Part shown: piece by piece, positions 59,509 to 64,000 of the stretch
How positions within the stretch are numbered: the first letter of the stretch is position 1
How the letters are laid out: every line of letters begins with the position of its first letter
Assembly: GCA_963751455.1 (NCBI GenBank)
Contig: CAVVUN010000009.1
Location: 382,889 to 446,888 of the forward strand
Reading direction: 5' to 3'
Length of the DNA stretch: 64,000 nucleotides
Source of the DNA: Nitrospirota bacterium
GTDB taxonomy: Bacteria > Nitrospirota > UBA9217
Notes under the pieces: model-generated
Told to the model about the DNA's origin: nothing
Databases searched by the model: none
The model's input: the letters and a program-made list of their open reading frames with translations, nothing else
Program-made: the position numbers and the translations under genes

Positions 59509-61231
59509 TTACCCCTGCCGTGTGTCGGCTCTTCTCTCGACCCGCTCGAGCACGTAACGTGTCATGCTCAGCGCAAGCTCATGCTCTCCGATGAACACTT
59601 TTCCGGCTTTTTCTTTCCTGAGCAACTCCGCCTCCTCCTCGCTATGAGTTCGTAGGACCGTTTCCACGTCCGGTTTCAGCATGCGGGCGATTTCGATCAT
59701 TTTTTGTGCGCGAAACGTGTCCGAGATGGCGATCACGAGCGTCCGTGCCCGGGCGATATGCGCCTGGATCAGCACAGCAGGTTCGGAAGCATCACCGGAA
59801 ACAGCCGGTATTTCGCGCTCTCTCAGCAGCTCGACAATTTCACGGTTTTGCTCGGCCACGACAACCGGTACGCCGCTCCGTACCAACTCGTCAGCTATAC
59901 GGCCGCCGACGCGGCCATACCCCACGATAACGACATGCCCGGTAAGACGAGCCTCGTCAACAGTCATCGGAAGCTCCGCGAGCGGGTCATCCGGCCGCTC
60001 CATCGTCCGGGCAAGCCTCGAGCGGGACCGGATCCAGGCCTGCAAGGGCTCGATCGCATTGAAAACCAGGGGATTGAACGCGATCGAAATGAGCGCCCCC
60101 GCAAGAATGAGGCTCTGGCCTTCGCCAGGCAGAAGCTTCAGAGAAACACCCAGGCTTGCGAGGATGAACGAAAATTCACCTATTTGCGCCAGGCTTGCCG
60201 ACACCGTGAGCGCCGTGTTGAGCGGGTAGCGGAAGGCAAGGACGATAAGAAAAGCTGCCAGCGACTTGCCGAAAATGATGATGGCAACGACGACGAGCAC
60301 GCGCACAGGGTCCCGAACCAGCAGCGCTGGGTCAAACAGCATTCCAACGGATACGAAGAATAGAACCGAGAAAGCATCCCTGAGAGGCAAAGACTCGTCC
60401 GCAGCGCGACGACTGAGTGCCGACTCCCTCATGACCATTCCGGCAATAAAAGCCCCGAGCGCGAAAGAAACGCCGAACAGCGCGGCCGAGCCGTAAGCGA
60501 TGCCGACCGCGGCGGCGATCACGCAGAGGATAAACAACTCCCGCGAGCCGGTACGGGTAACCTGCCAGAGAAGCCAGGGAAACAGCCGCCGGCCCACAAC
60601 GAGCATCAGCGCAATAAAGACCGAAACCCGGCCGAGCGAGAGCGCAAGTGTTTTCAGGAGGTTCCCTTCTGCTCCCCCGGCAATGCCGGACCCGGCCCCG
60701 CCGTTCAACAATGCCGAAAGGGACGGCAACAGTACGAGGACCAGAACCATAACCAGGTCCTCGACAACCAGCCATCCCACGGCAATGCGGCCGTTGATGG
60801 ATTCAAGGGCAGCGCGGCCCTCAAGCGCCCGCAGCGAGCACTACCGTGCTCGCCACGGAGAGCGCGAGACCGAACACGATTCCGGCGCCAAAGCTCCAGC
60901 CCCAGAGAGATGAGACAACCATGCCCAGCGTGGTTGCAACCGCTATTTGGGCAATTGCGCCCGGCAGGGCGATCCGGCGGACAGTCAGCAGGTCGTCCAG
61001 GGAAAAGTGCAGTCCCACACCGAACATAAGCAGCATGACGCCGATCTCGGCAAGCTGGCGAGTAAGTTCGAGGTCTGCTACGAAGCCGGGCGTGCCGGGT
61101 CCCAGGATGACGCCGGCAACCAGGTAGCCTACGAGAGCAGGCATCTTAAGACGAACGGCAATAAAGCCCAGAATCAGTGCAAGCCCGAAAGCGGCGGCAA
61201 TCGTGGTTATAAGAGGAACGCTATGATGCAA
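59509..61231 (-). CDS. ybaL: YbaL-like CPA2/Kef cation:proton antiporter with TrkA-N domain; frameshift near 60835
   Basis: LAEIGVMLLMFGVGLHFS, ASTVVL/LRALE across the shift, PLRDAFSVLFF, QIGEFSFI, GYGRVG. Confidence 0.85.
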
Positions 61232-61600
61232 TGAAATTCTCCGTCCCGAGTAGAGCCGCCTCCGGCGGGGAGTGGAGGCTCGGTACCTTTATCACATCAT
61301 TTCAAATCGCTATTTCCGGACTCGACATTAAAAGGCTTCGGCAGGAACTCCCAAAAAACAAGAAACACTGCAATACCGAGCCTGGACATACTCTTCTTTC
61401 TTTATCTGTGTAATAAAATCTACGAGTAGATACATGGTCTTATTCACCTCTTTTCGTCACGACAACGACATCTCTATATTAGTATTTCCAGGCGCACTGT
61501 TCCTTGACTGTCCACCTCTGCGTTTGACGATATATAATTATTCTAACACCCGCTCCTCATCACAATGCGCACAGTCTTTTACTCCAGGAAGGTGATAGAA

Positions 61601-63580
<1,980 letters not shown>

Positions 63581-63723
63581 ACAGGGTTGCACGGAAGCTC
63601 CTGTAGAGAGCCGTTTTGTCTTGTCAGCGGCAGAGACAGAAGAGGAAAGCTCATTCGCTCTTCGAACTCTATTTCAATGCCGCTGAGCCCCGTGCACGGA
63701 ATGCCCGTGCTAAAATAGAAGTA

Positions 63724-64000
63724 TGCCTTCCTCGTACGATGTGATCATCGTCGGCTCAGGGCCGGCCGGATCTTTGCCGCGCTCGAACTTATCAAAAATC
63801 CCCGCCTCAGGATCCTTATGATAGAAAAGGGCAGCGACATTCAGGACCGGGCCTGCCCCATGCTCGAATCGTCCGTTCCCTGCGCGCGCTGCAGCGTCTG
63901 CGGCATCCTCTGCGGATGGGGCGGCGCAGGCGCGTACAGCGACGGCAAACTGACGCTGACCTCTGATTTCGGCGGGTGGCTCAAGGATTATCTGTCGGCT
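63724..64000 (+). CDS. FAD-dependent oxidoreductase, N-terminal part (frameshift near 63768; runs off window)
   Basis: YDVIIVGSGPAG Rossmann motif, then FAALEL...IEKG...CP...C..C..C...CGWGGAGAYSDGKL. Confidence 0.75.

Overview
Bacterial chromosomal window; the gene set (Sec-type FdnGHI, lon-hsp20, archaeal-type SAM synthetase, c-di-GMP-I riboswitch, deltaproteobacterial-style palindromic repeats) suggests a Nitrospirota/Desulfobacterota-like organism (inference only). 1-23.1 kb: Wzx/Wzy surface polysaccharide locus (wecB end, flippase, three SAM methyltransferases, glycosyltransferases, DegT aminotransferase plus a decayed paralog, split transketolase, sugar transferase, CapD/PglF dehydratase, SLBB export protein, Wzz) containing an IS3. 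23.1-24.3 kb: vapBC, a structured non-coding segment and a near-canonical XerC/XerD dif site. 24.3-34.7 kb: lipA, lon, hsp20, a nested stack of MITE-like elements, selenocysteine formate dehydrogenase fdnGHI, htpX. 35.0-50.2 kb: a 15.2-kb element integrated in tRNA-Gly(GCC) (63-bp att repeat) carrying four tyrosine recombinase genes (one apparently catalytically dead), a replication-initiator-like gene, a Mor-like activator and prohead-protease-, tape-measure- and tail-fibre-like genes, but no recognisable capsid, portal or terminase; it also has duplicated C4/CI-like structured leaders. This element is the best candidate for an undescribed system. 50.2-64 kb: histidine kinase split by IS630, Mth938 protein, archaeal-type MAT, IS481 inside a duplicated repeat, riboswitch-controlled CBS protein, PRTase, truncated acpH, ybaL, acs. 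Scattered single-base frameshifts (wzz, lipA, ybaL, acs) are probably sequencing errors. All calls come from reading motifs by eye; no database search was run.
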